Shown piece after piece: positions 47,569 through 57,150 of a stretch of 64,000 bases of DNA (its first letter is position 1; every line of letters begins with the position of its first letter). The notes beneath the pieces are model-generated. The model made no database searches, had not been told where the DNA came from, and saw only the letters and a list, made by a program, of their open reading frames with translations. The position numbers and the translations under genes were made by a program. The stretch lies in the IMG/VR virus record IMGVR_UViG_3300042254_000186, positions 1-64,000 of that record; one strand, given 5' to 3'. This DNA comes from a virus. Its lineage: Duplodnaviria; Caudoviricetes.

Positions 47569-48225
47569 ATGGCAGATTTATATGGAAGAACTTATGAATA
47601 TGTAACTAGAGCAGAATTGTCGCCAGCAAGAGAGCAAATAGAAAAAATTATTGGATCTCTGCATACAAAATTAAGAAAAGAAGGCGTAACATTTGAACAC
47701 AAACTTATTGGTAGTGTTGGAAAGAATCTAGTGACAAAAGTAGTCGGTGGAAACAAAGGATTTGACTTTGACTATAACTTTGTTATTCAAAAAGATAATG
47801 ACTTAGAGGCAAAAGAATTACGTCAATTATTCGTTCGTAAACTTGAGGAAATTGTTGCTAAAACCAATTATAAGACTGTTTCAGATGGAGAACAATCATT
47901 TACAATTAAAGTGGTTGATAAAAAGAAAAGCCAAATCAAATATGGATGTGATTTCGCTATAGTGAACGAGTATATAGATAATCAAAACAACTTCAGACAG
48001 CAAATACTTGTCAAGCATTCAAACAACAACTACGGTTGGGAAGATAAGCCTATTGCAAAGAATTATTCTACCAAAGTTTCAAATCTAAAGGCTAACGGTT
48101 TATGGAATGAAGTTCGAGATGAATATTTGAAAGTAAAAAATAACAATAGAGATGGAAACAAGAAATCATATACAATGTATTATGAGGCTGTAAATAATGT
48201 GTACGGTAGATATCGCTGGGTCTAG
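47569..48225 (+). CDS. Pol-beta/cGAS-like nucleotidyltransferase
   Basis: LIGS...GFDFDY and third Asp in CDFAIV. Confidence 0.6.
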   Translation: MADLYGRTYEYVTRAELSPAREQIEKIIGSLHTKLRKEGVTFEHKLIGSVGKNLVTKVVGGNKGFDFDYNFVIQKDNDLEAKELRQLFVRKLEEIVAKTNYKTVSDGEQSFTIKVVDKKKSQIKYGCDFAIVNEYIDNQNNFRQQILVKHSNNNYGWEDKPIAKNYSTKVSNLKANGLWNEVRDEYLKVKNNNRDGNKKSYTMYYEAVNNVYGRYRWV

Positions 48226-48949
48226 CCCTTTGGTAACTAAACTCTCACTTGATATTTCAAAGGACGATTTCGTTTCAAGGATGGAGTTTGAAAATGAAAA
48301 GGAACGAGATCGGTGTTTGCAGTATCTTGACCTAAAGGGAGTAGCATACCATACAGTATTAGTCAATTATATAGGACTTAATAAAGATGGAAAGATCCAA
48401 TATAAAAGAGTTCAGAACTTATACATTTATGACAAAAGGGTAAGAAATATACTCTATCGATTTTTGTCTGCTCTAGAAGAGGGAATTAGAGGTTTCATTG
48501 CAAATAAATATTGTGGAAAATTAGATAACATTAAGAAACTTTCTAAATCAATTCATAAGTCGATTACTGAGGGTAGCAGTCTCTCGAAAGAATTAGAAGA
48601 TCTTGATTTTAATAAACTGATGAATCTTACAAAAAAGCTTACTGTTAAAGAGAAAAGGTCCTTGTTTGGTAGAACAGATAGACTTGAAGAGAATTTGCTT
48701 GCAGTTAAGCAGCTAAGAAATGCAGTAAGCCATCATAGAATGTTATTTGTCTATGAAGACTTATATGAATGCTATTTTGAGGATGGAACAATAGGTGATT
48801 CGCTTATGGATAATATTGTGAATCTCAGACAACTATTGAATCCATATTATATAGATTTCTTTACTAAGGCAATCAACAACAGTTCAGTTGATGAAAAAGA
48901 TTTAACTTTTGTAACCACATTGCCTGATAAAGCAATTTTACATTTTTGA
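48197..48949 (+). CDS. Abi_2 (AbiD/F-like) HEPN RNase; true start probably 48230 or later
   Basis: LY.YDKR.R...LSALE...R and HEPN RNAVSHH. Confidence 0.75.
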   Translation: MCTVDIAGSSPLVTKLSLDISKDDFVSRMEFENEKERDRCLQYLDLKGVAYHTVLVNYIGLNKDGKIQYKRVQNLYIYDKRVRNILYRFLSALEEGIRGFIANKYCGKLDNIKKLSKSIHKSITEGSSLSKELEDLDFNKLMNLTKKLTVKEKRSLFGRTDRLEENLLAVKQLRNAVSHHRMLFVYEDLYECYFEDGTIGDSLMDNIVNLRQLLNPYYIDFFTKAINNSSVDEKDLTFVTTLPDKAILHF

Positions 48950-48987
48950 GATAGCCTTTATATGATATAGTTTTGGGAGGAAAAGAT

Positions 48988-49506
48988 ATGAGTTGGGAGT
49001 ATAATGAATATACAAAACCGTGTCCTTGTGGTAAAGGATTAATAAGAGTTGTAGATGGTTCAAATGACTGGGGACAAACATCTCATGATGAAACCATTTT
49101 ATGTCCTGAATGCAAAGAAAAAGCAAAAGTAGCAAGAGCTCAAAAAGAAGAGAGATTCAGAGTTGCTAATAACAAGATCTCACTAGCAGTTTCTTATTTT
49201 AGAGATAACTACTCTCATTTATTAGAGAGTAAATTTGAGAATACAAAAAGTAAAAAAGCTATTTGGCAGGTTGCCTATGATTTAGGTATAGAAACTCAAA
49301 GCCTTGCAACTTTTTATAAACATTTTATTTCAAAAGAAAAATACATTCACGGTCTGATTTCTTGGTATAGAATACACTCGATTATTCTTGCTCTTGAAAT
49401 AAAGGATCAGAGACTTGAAGAGTTATATAAAGATGCTAAAGCTCATATTAAAGAGTTTGATGATGAACGTGCTGCAGCTGCCTACATGTATTATAAAGGT
49501 AGGTAA
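48988..49506 (+). CDS. Hypothetical protein with N-terminal Zn ribbon
   Basis: CPCGKG...NDWG...CPEC; GGGAGG RBS. Confidence 0.7.
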   Translation: MSWEYNEYTKPCPCGKGLIRVVDGSNDWGQTSHDETILCPECKEKAKVARAQKEERFRVANNKISLAVSYFRDNYSHLLESKFENTKSKKAIWQVAYDLGIETQSLATFYKHFISKEKYIHGLISWYRIHSIILALEIKDQRLEELYKDAKAHIKEFDDERAAAAYMYYKGR

Positions 49507-49543
49507 ATGACGATAATAAAAGGTATTATAGGGGGTTGGTTAC

Positions 49544-50833
49544 ATGAAGTATATGAGTTTTAATCGATCGTGTTCATATACATGTTTGGCTTATATGATA
49601 GGGGATTATGGTTTGAATTATACGGATAAAGATATAGCACTTGAAATGAAACTGGCATATCTTTTATATAATGACTCAAAGAATAATGAATATCTATCAG
49701 GTGCAATGTTACAAGGGAAGAGATGGTTTGATTTATTCTTGAATCGTCATTCTTTTGAGTTTATTGAAGACGAATATAAGAAAAATGTTGCGTTATCTGT
49801 CATTAAGAATTCTAATAGAAAATTAATGGTGGGGATAAATTTAAAAACCGGTAAACACGCTATGGTTTATTGTCCATCAGAAACACAACTGTTTAGATTC
49901 TTTAATCCTCATTATGAGAATGATGGTGTTGCTGACTTTTTTGTCTATTCAGAACAAGAATTACTTGATCTTCTAGATGATGAGGTGACTATTGGCTACA
50001 TTAATCATAATCCGAGAATTACTGTTCCTGAGCTTGAACTATATGGTCATTCATGTGGTTATCTAGATAAATATGTGGTAGACATAATTGAATTTTGTTC
50101 GATTGAACATACACTTGATGAGATAGGAGAAGTAAAAGAATCATTGTTTGCTGGACTATTACTTTCACCAATACCATTGTTAGAATTCGAGGGAGAGAAC
50201 GAACTTGTTGATTGCCTTAAAAAACTACAAACAGACTTTATTCGTGCCCTTCGACAAACAAAAACTAGTATTAGACTATTAGATTATTTTAATCCTTTAG
50301 AGCTTAATGCATGTGTTAGGAAGTATAAGGAATCAATTAAAAGGAAAGCAATGCTGGACAGTTTAATTATCAGAAAAGCTACAGATGAAGATGCAGAAGG
50401 AAAAGGATATGTTCATTATCAAAGTTGGATTGAAACATATACTGGTCTTTTTCCTGATGAAGTTATGGCAAGATTATCTTTAGAAAAGAATATACAATTA
50501 GCAAAAGACTATCCAGAGAACACATATGTTGCCATTGTAGATAATAAGATTATTGGATTCTGTTGCTATCTTGAATCAAGAGATGATGATTTAGAAGATA
50601 CTGGCGAAATTGTGGCAATATACATATTAAAGGAATATCAAGGTCTCGGTATTGGAAAGCAATTGATGGAAGTATGCTATAAAGAATTAAGTAAATATTC
50701 AAAACTATCACTATTGGTACTTGGAAGTAATAAGAAATCAGTAGGTTTTTATGAGAAACAAGGGTTTATTGCTGATGGTAAAACAAAGATACTTCATGGA
50801 AAAGAAGTTATTAGAATGATTAAGAGTTTGTGA
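49544..50833 (+). CDS. C39/papain-like domain fused to GNAT acetyltransferase
   Basis: SCSYTCLA...HAMV...FNP; C-terminal SW.ETY, YQGLGIGKQL, FYEKQGF. Confidence 0.7.
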   Translation: MKYMSFNRSCSYTCLAYMIGDYGLNYTDKDIALEMKLAYLLYNDSKNNEYLSGAMLQGKRWFDLFLNRHSFEFIEDEYKKNVALSVIKNSNRKLMVGINLKTGKHAMVYCPSETQLFRFFNPHYENDGVADFFVYSEQELLDLLDDEVTIGYINHNPRITVPELELYGHSCGYLDKYVVDIIEFCSIEHTLDEIGEVKESLFAGLLLSPIPLLEFEGENELVDCLKKLQTDFIRALRQTKTSIRLLDYFNPLELNACVRKYKESIKRKAMLDSLIIRKATDEDAEGKGYVHYQSWIETYTGLFPDEVMARLSLEKNIQLAKDYPENTYVAIVDNKIIGFCCYLESRDDDLEDTGEIVAIYILKEYQGLGIGKQLMEVCYKELSKYSKLSLLVLGSNKKSVGFYEKQGFIADGKTKILHGKEVIRMIKSL

Positions 50834-50842
50834 GGTGATGAC

Positions 50843-51307
50843 ATGTTTTCATTCTTCGAGTTTGATGATCTAACTGATGGTGAAATTAGATTAGTAGTTG
50901 ATGAGTTGATTCCAGAAGACAAAGAAAAAGGTTTTGTTCCAGCATATAAGTTTAACATTGTAGAAGAAAAATCAGATCTGAAAGTTGGTTTTATTGATGT
51001 CAGAATTGGACATAATAAAGGTTTGTATTATGGTGGCAATATTGGATATACAGTATATGAAAAACATAGAGGACATAATTACGCTTTAAAAGCATGTAAA
51101 TTAATAAAGAATGTTGCTATCAAACATAACATGGAATATCTATATGTTACTTGTAATCCTGATAACATAGCTTCAAGAAGAACATGCGAAAAGTTAGGGT
51201 TACCTTTGCTAGAAATTGTTGAATTACCAGAAGATAATGATATGTATAAAGAAGGTGAAAGGCAAAAGTGTATATATTATTGGAGACTTTTGCCTAGATT
51301 GAGCTAA
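50843..51307 (+). CDS. GNAT acetyltransferase (RimL-like)
   Basis: GNIGY...RGHNYA...TCNPDNIASRRTCEKLG. Confidence 0.85.
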   Translation: MFSFFEFDDLTDGEIRLVVDELIPEDKEKGFVPAYKFNIVEEKSDLKVGFIDVRIGHNKGLYYGGNIGYTVYEKHRGHNYALKACKLIKNVAIKHNMEYLYVTCNPDNIASRRTCEKLGLPLLEIVELPEDNDMYKEGERQKCIYYWRLLPRLS

Positions 51308-51351
51308 AACTACGAAATATTGTAGTAATTTGTTAAGAGAGAAGTGATTAT

Positions 51352-51852
51352 GTGAAAGAAATATCAAACTGTAAATATTGTGGAGGTTCATTATCAACTT
51401 AAAGTATCAAAGGAGAGGGAAATATACCATATTGTATGGATTGTGATGAATTGTTCTTTCCAACATCCGATATTGCAATTTTAGGAATAATCGTAAATGA
51501 TTCAAATCAAGTTCTTATGTTGAAACAACAAGTAGTTAACGAGTATTATGTTCTCGTTGCAGGATATTACAAAAAAGGCGAACAATTAGAAGATACACTC
51601 AAAAGAGAAGTTTTTGAAGAAACAGGTATTGATATCACAAATATTCAATATCATGGTAATAAATACTACGAGAAGAAAAATATCTTAATGTTTGTTTACT
51701 CTGCAAAGGCTATAACAACCGTTATAAGGATAAACGAATCAGAAGTTGATTCTGCAATTTGGGTTAATTTAGATAAAGCGATAAAATTAATGAGACCAGG
51801 ATCAATTGGTGATATAGTTTTAAAAGAATATATTAATCATATTTCTAACTGA
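51352..51852 (+). pseudogene. NudC-like NUDIX hydrolase with an in-frame TAA at 51400
   Basis: GTG start, CKYCGG..stop..CMDC zinc ribbon in frame with the NUDIX box GEQLEDTLKREVFEETGI. Confidence 0.75.
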
Positions 51853-51982
51853 GATTTTTTCATCAAATCATAAAGAGTTTCATTATTCAAAAATTATAGA
51901 GTTCGATACCCAGCATTAAACAGATAGTTGAATAACCTATTTTGATACAAAGAAATTAATACTAAAAAAATGCAAAAAATAA

Positions 51983-52280
51983 AACCTCTAAACTAAGCCA
52001 TAATTTAGGGGTGCAATTTTTTCGGGTGGGGGTGCAAAAATTTTGACTAGGGGTGTAAAATTGTAGCAAAATAGGTCATACAACCCATATAAGAAGCATA
52101 GGTTTGATACAATTGTATCAGGCCTTTTTTTACGCTATATAGGGCCGTTTCACGATTTGCCTCAATTTATCAAGCCTGAAAAGAGTATCGCTTTTACTAG
52201 ATTTTGGACATTTCAATAGAATTTCTACACGATTATATTTCAAAATACACGATTTAAAATGGATTTACACGATTTCAGTA
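51983..52280. repeat. Element junction: phased GGGGTG repeats, palindrome, phased TACACGATT repeats
   Basis: GGGGTG at 52008/52029/52050; TGATACAATTGTATCA at 52105-52120; TACACGATT at 52226/52246/52266. Confidence 0.8.
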
Positions 52281-52402
52281 ATCAAGCCATTTAACAGGTA
52301 TGCTTGATTTTTTAGTAGGCTACACTATGATTTTATCCATTCAACACCTATCATCAAAATATATAATATGATATAATAACGTTGATTATATGAGGTGATT
52401 TT

Positions 52403-53368
52403 ATGAAATATATAGCAAAAGAAAAAATTTACATAGACCCTAAACATTTGCTTACATACTATCAAATGACTACAATAGACAACATTGAAGGAGCACTAAA
52501 GGATTCATTTCTTAACATCCTAGCTGACAATGCTGGATTAATTATGCGAACTGCAGATCTAAAAAATAAATATTTGGAAAGTCTAAAACAATATGAAAAT
52601 ATTGATATTGAAAGTTTAGAACATAAGTATTCCAATAAAAACTATGTTCAAATTTTTAAGAATTTAACAGGATCCAATGTAAAGAATACCACAAACCTCT
52701 TGCGAGATAAAAATGTTAACTGGTATTATGGAAAAGGTGAATATGGTAATATTTCCCTTATTGAAGCCAAGTGTATAGGATCTACTCAATTGCCACTTGG
52801 CTTTGACGAGATAAGAGCACATGGCAATAACTATTTTATATTCTTTAATAATGATGTTTCAAACGATCACCAGCTACATGATGAGATAACCACTCTAACT
52901 TCTTTGAAGGATTCAATTTCTGATGATACCAAATTAACACAAGAAATTATCACAAAAAGTAGAAATATGAAACTTCAAAAAATATTTCGTAATAGCTGTT
53001 TAACAAAGGATAACTTTAAATGCGCTGTAGATGGTTGTGAAGTTTCTGATGAGCATTTATTGATTGCTTCACACATAATTCCAGTTAGTGCAATTATAAA
53101 AGATAAAAATATGAGCATAAGTCAAAAAATATTATATATAACTAGTGATTCAAATGGTTTGACATTATGTCCGAATCATGATGCTCTTTTAGACAAAAAT
53201 TATATAACTTTTTCATCAGATAATTCAATTATTTTTCATAAAAAAATTAATAATGATAACAGGAAATCTTTAAACGTTTCAGGAGTAACAAAGTTAAAGA
53301 AACACCGTAGTGATGATGAGAAAATGAAACAGAACTTCGAGATGCTTAGAAAAGTGTTTTTGTCATAA
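52403..53368 (+). CDS. HNH endonuclease (HNH_2, restriction-like)
   Basis: Q.IFR...CAVDGC...LIASHIIP...NGLTLCPNHDALLD. Confidence 0.85.
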   Translation: MKYIAKEKIYIDPKHLLTYYQMTTIDNIEGALKDSFLNILADNAGLIMRTADLKNKYLESLKQYENIDIESLEHKYSNKNYVQIFKNLTGSNVKNTTNLLRDKNVNWYYGKGEYGNISLIEAKCIGSTQLPLGFDEIRAHGNNYFIFFNNDVSNDHQLHDEITTLTSLKDSISDDTKLTQEIITKSRNMKLQKIFRNSCLTKDNFKCAVDGCEVSDEHLLIASHIIPVSAIIKDKNMSISQKILYITSDSNGLTLCPNHDALLDKNYITFSSDNSIIFHKKINNDNRKSLNVSGVTKLKKHRSDDEKMKQNFEMLRKVFLS

Positions 53369-53431
53369 ACTAATAGTGAGTGGATTACTGTAATTTAATA
53401 TGCTATAATCAATACAATGGAGGAGATTAGA

Positions 53432-54535
53432 ATGAGAGAAAACAACAAGTTTTTACAGGATCAAATTATTACTTATTTGGGTAATAAAAGAAGCTTGAAT
53501 CCATATATTGAAAACGAAATAAAGAAAATTAAGAAGTCTCTTAATAAAGACAAGTTGGTTACACTAGATTTATTTTCTGGATCTGGAATCGTAGCTAGAA
53601 TGCTAAAAAAGCATTCTGAGAAACTTATTGCGAACGACTTAGAAGAGTATTCTCAAATCATAAATGAATGTTATTTAAGTAATCATTCAGATTTTGATAG
53701 AAAGAAGTACGACTTATATAAAGAAAAACTAGATGATTTATTATCCAATAAAGTATATAAAAAAGGAATCATCACTTCAAACTATGCTCCTAAAAATGAT
53801 TTGCATATTAAAAAAGGAGAAAGATGTTTTTATACAACAGAAAATGCACAGATTATTGATACAATAAGAGACTTCGTTGATACCATTGAAGAACCTATGA
53901 AAAAATATTTTTTAGCACCTTTACTATATCAAGCATCTGTTAATACAAATACAGCTGGGATATTTAAGGGGTTCTATAAAGATTCATCAACTGGAATTGG
54001 AAAATACGGTGGAAACGGTGAGTTTGCTTTAAAAAGAATAAAAGGTAAAATACAAATACTGGAACCAATATTTAGTAACTTTGAAACTGATGTTTTAGTC
54101 ACTAGAGAAGATGCTAATAACCTTGTTAAAAGAGAAAAAAACTTTGATGTTGTTTACATTGATCCGCCTTATAACCAACACCCTTATGGATCAAACTACT
54201 TTATGTTAAACTTGATTTTAAGTAATAAAATGCCAGATAATATAAGTAAAGTTTCTGGAATACCAAAAAATTGGAACAGGTCAGATTATAATTATAAAGC
54301 TAAAGCCCTAAATGCCTTTGATGATTTAATTAAGAATATTGATAGTAAATTTATTATCATATCGTATAACTCTGAAGGAATAATATCATATGATGAAATG
54401 ATAAAACTGCTAAAACCATATGGTGAATTAACTATTAAGGAAATCGTTTATAATACTTTTAGAGGTAGTAGAAACCTTAGTGAACGAAGTTTGTATGTTC
54501 AAGAGTATTTGTTTGTTTTAAAGAGGGGGGATTAA
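53432..54535 (+). CDS. N6-adenine DNA methyltransferase (D12 class)
   Basis: QIITYLGNKR, DLFSGSG, NDLE, YIDPPYNQHPYGSNY. Confidence 0.92.
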   Translation: MRENNKFLQDQIITYLGNKRSLNPYIENEIKKIKKSLNKDKLVTLDLFSGSGIVARMLKKHSEKLIANDLEEYSQIINECYLSNHSDFDRKKYDLYKEKLDDLLSNKVYKKGIITSNYAPKNDLHIKKGERCFYTTENAQIIDTIRDFVDTIEEPMKKYFLAPLLYQASVNTNTAGIFKGFYKDSSTGIGKYGGNGEFALKRIKGKIQILEPIFSNFETDVLVTREDANNLVKREKNFDVVYIDPPYNQHPYGSNYFMLNLILSNKMPDNISKVSGIPKNWNRSDYNYKAKALNAFDDLIKNIDSKFIIISYNSEGIISYDEMIKLLKPYGELTIKEIVYNTFRGSRNLSERSLYVQEYLFVLKRGD

Positions 54536-54536
54536 A

Positions 54537-55247
54537 TTGAGTCAAAGAGAATCGTTGAGAGAAAGATACGAGCAACACAAACCTAAAAACACTAGATCTA
54601 AAAAGACAGATAAGGCTATTTATTCATCAATGGAAGCTGTTATTGAATATTTACATCATAGATTTAAAGGGATGTTGGATGATTATGAAATCACATTCGA
54701 GAAAAATATCAAAATAGATTATATGATAAAATTCATAAAGCAAAAAGGTATCAGACTAGAGTTTGATTATGACTTTGAAGATCGTAAAATCATCCCTGAT
54801 GGAGGAGTGCTGTTCTTAAATAAAAAGTCTTCAGAAGAGTTGAAAAAACCGTTACTTATTTCTGAAATCAAAGTACAAGGAACTAATAAAAAAAGACTTA
54901 AAGAGGGGAAAACGAAACAAGCTACAGGTAATGCCATTGAACGTTTAGGTAAGAACTTAACTGGAATTAAAGCAATGATGAATCACGAGAAGATTACTCC
55001 ATTTGTTTGTTTTGGACAAGGATGTGATTTTGCTCCAGAAGTGAAGACAGTTTTAGCTAAAGTTCACATTTTAAACGAATTTTATGATTTGAATAGAACA
55101 CATGTTTTCAAAAAGGATGGTAATTCAGATAACAATTACTATAGTCCTGTCTCTATGTATTTTAGGGAAGAAGACTGGTCAGAAGAAGAAATGTTTGATA
55201 TAATGAAGGAAATCGCAGAAACTGCCTTAAGATATTATATCTTTTAA
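54537..55247 (+). CDS. EcoRI-family type II restriction endonuclease
   Basis: PDGG...EIK.QG catalytic motif and GNAIER..KN as in EcoRI; adjacent to the MTase. Confidence 0.85.
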   Translation: MSQRESLRERYEQHKPKNTRSKKTDKAIYSSMEAVIEYLHHRFKGMLDDYEITFEKNIKIDYMIKFIKQKGIRLEFDYDFEDRKIIPDGGVLFLNKKSSEELKKPLLISEIKVQGTNKKRLKEGKTKQATGNAIERLGKNLTGIKAMMNHEKITPFVCFGQGCDFAPEVKTVLAKVHILNEFYDLNRTHVFKKDGNSDNNYYSPVSMYFREEDWSEEEMFDIMKEIAETALRYYIF

Positions 55248-55387
55248 TATCATTGAGATCTAAATTCTTTTGAATTTTGGTCTCTTTTTAGTTATGCTCC
55301 ATGATGCCATTATCAAATATGTACAAGAATACCTTTTGATGATACAATATAATTGTTAATACGGACAAGGATAAGGTGGTATTACAT

Positions 55388-56233
55388 ATGATATTAGCCA
55401 AAACAATAGAAATTTATTTACCTACAGGAGATGCAAGTAAAGTAAGCCAAGCACGTATAACAACTGAGGCAATTAGGATTGTATATGTTGCAAAATCGGA
55501 AATTGAAAATAGAAAAATTGACCTAGATAATATTGGTTGCTATATTTTAGTTGGTGTCGATTCGGCAGGGGACAAGATGGTTTATATAGGTGAATCAGAA
55601 AACATTTATACGAGACTACAGGACCACAAAAAGAAAAAAGACTTCTGGGATGGAGTCTATACTATTCAAAATCTTAGTGGCACATTTGATAAAGCTCATT
55701 TGACATATTTAGAACAACTAATGATACAAAAAGCACTTGAGACAGATCGCTTCAAAGTTGAAAATGGTAATGGAGGGAAATATACATCAATTCCTGAATC
55801 AAAGATGAATGAGTGCTTAGTTTATTTTGAGACCATTAAAACACTTGTAAAGGCATTAGGATTCAATGTGTTTGTACCTGAAATTGAAAAGGAGCAATTA
55901 ACTGATGAGACGTACTTCTATTTCAAAAGCAAAGACGACTTGTGGGATGCTCAAGGTGTATATGTTGATGAGAAGTTTATCGTTCTAAAAGGTTCCATTG
56001 CACGATCAGAACCGACAAAACACAAACGAGCTTCTAATGAACTAAAGTTTAGAGATAAATTAATCGATGAAGGTATTATTGAAGAACGAAATGGTAGCCT
56101 TACTTTCGTTAAGGACTATGGATTTAACTCTCCAAGTACAGCTGCAGATATTGTTTCGTTAGGAAGTAATAGTGGTTGGAAAGTTTGGAAAACTAAAGAT
56201 GGGAAAGCACTAGAGGAAGTCTATCCGAGATAG
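55388..56233 (+). CDS. GIY-YIG nuclease with DUF4357 (RAMA-like) domain
   Basis: GCYIL...VYIGESE...RL..H...KDFW; C-terminal F.SPSTAA...GW..WK. Confidence 0.85.
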   Translation: MILAKTIEIYLPTGDASKVSQARITTEAIRIVYVAKSEIENRKIDLDNIGCYILVGVDSAGDKMVYIGESENIYTRLQDHKKKKDFWDGVYTIQNLSGTFDKAHLTYLEQLMIQKALETDRFKVENGNGGKYTSIPESKMNECLVYFETIKTLVKALGFNVFVPEIEKEQLTDETYFYFKSKDDLWDAQGVYVDEKFIVLKGSIARSEPTKHKRASNELKFRDKLIDEGIIEERNGSLTFVKDYGFNSPSTAADIVSLGSNSGWKVWKTKDGKALEEVYPR

Positions 56234-56261
56234 AAAGTGTTTAATGTGTATGGGAGGAAAT

Positions 56262-56891
56262 ATGAAATCAAAAAACTATAAAGAATTAAAGTTCACTGGG
56301 ATAACATTCACAAGACGTATTTACATGGATGAAGACATGACTCACTATTTTGGATTTGATGAAGATGGTGAAATCATAAAAGAAGCAACTGAACCAACTA
56401 TGATGTTTTCACTCGGTGGGACTAAAGAAGAGTTTGAAAACTTCATTTCAAGGGCAATAGAAGACATAAATATTCTTAGTTGGAAAGATGAATATAGACC
56501 TACTGAAACTGTATTAGATGGTGAAGAATGGAAGATTACCATTCACATAGAAAATGATGACGACATTGAAATATTTGGAATAAATGCTTATCCAGATAAT
56601 TTTGTAGATTTCATAGTTCTGTGTACTGAGTTCAACTTCGGACCATATGAGTTGGTTGATGATGAAACTTCATATGATTTAGGTGTTGAAGAATGGTATG
56701 ATGATTTTCTAGAGGAAATTGAGGAATTAGAATCCAAACTTATATGTCCTAAGTGTTCAAGTGATTACATGGTTCACACAGATCCAATGGGATATACATT
56801 TCTTTGTGGGGATTGTGGAAATGTGTATGAATACGAAGATGGTAAGTTTAAAGCACATTTTGAATTTGAGAAGAAAGCAAATGAAGAATAG
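56262..56891 (+). CDS. Acidic hypothetical protein with C-terminal Zn ribbon
   Basis: W...Y....VLDG.EW...G.NAYP; CPKC...CGDC. Confidence 0.65.
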   Translation: MKSKNYKELKFTGITFTRRIYMDEDMTHYFGFDEDGEIIKEATEPTMMFSLGGTKEEFENFISRAIEDINILSWKDEYRPTETVLDGEEWKITIHIENDDDIEIFGINAYPDNFVDFIVLCTEFNFGPYELVDDETSYDLGVEEWYDDFLEEIEELESKLICPKCSSDYMVHTDPMGYTFLCGDCGNVYEYEDGKFKAHFEFEKKANEE

Positions 56892-56901
56892 ATAAATGAA
56901 T

Positions 56902-56940
56902 AGCGACCCAGCTCTTAATTGAGTTGAGTCGCTTTTTTTT
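56902..56940. terminator. Intrinsic terminator between convergent genes
   Basis: AGCGAC.CAGCTC/GAGTTG.GTCGCT plus T-run. Confidence 0.75.
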
Positions 56941-57139
56941 ATTTGTCTATATATTCCATGATGTCCTTAAAATCGCACTTTAAAGCTTTGCAGATTTTAC
57001 ATAGAACGTCTGTTGTAACATTCTGACCTTTTGTCATTTTTGCTATGGAAGATGAACTTACTCCAGAGAGCTTAATGAGCTCTTTTTTATTTAGCCCCTT
57101 ATCGATTAGTAGTTTCCATAATTTATTATAACTAACCAT
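56939..57139 (-). CDS. Xre/Cro-type HTH regulator (paralog of 920-1120)
   Basis: 61/66 residues identical to copy 1. Confidence 0.88.
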   Translation of the reverse strand: MVSYNKLWKLLIDKGLNKKELIKLSGVSSSSIAKMTKGQNVTTDVLCKICKALKCDFKDIMEYIDK

Positions 57140-57150
57140 TAGATTTCCTC

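Noticed and set aside
52286-52295. GCCATTTAAC matching the sigma-1 downstream box
   Set aside because: No GGCAAAT 13 nt upstream; it lies within an AATCAAGC/GCTTGATT hairpin.
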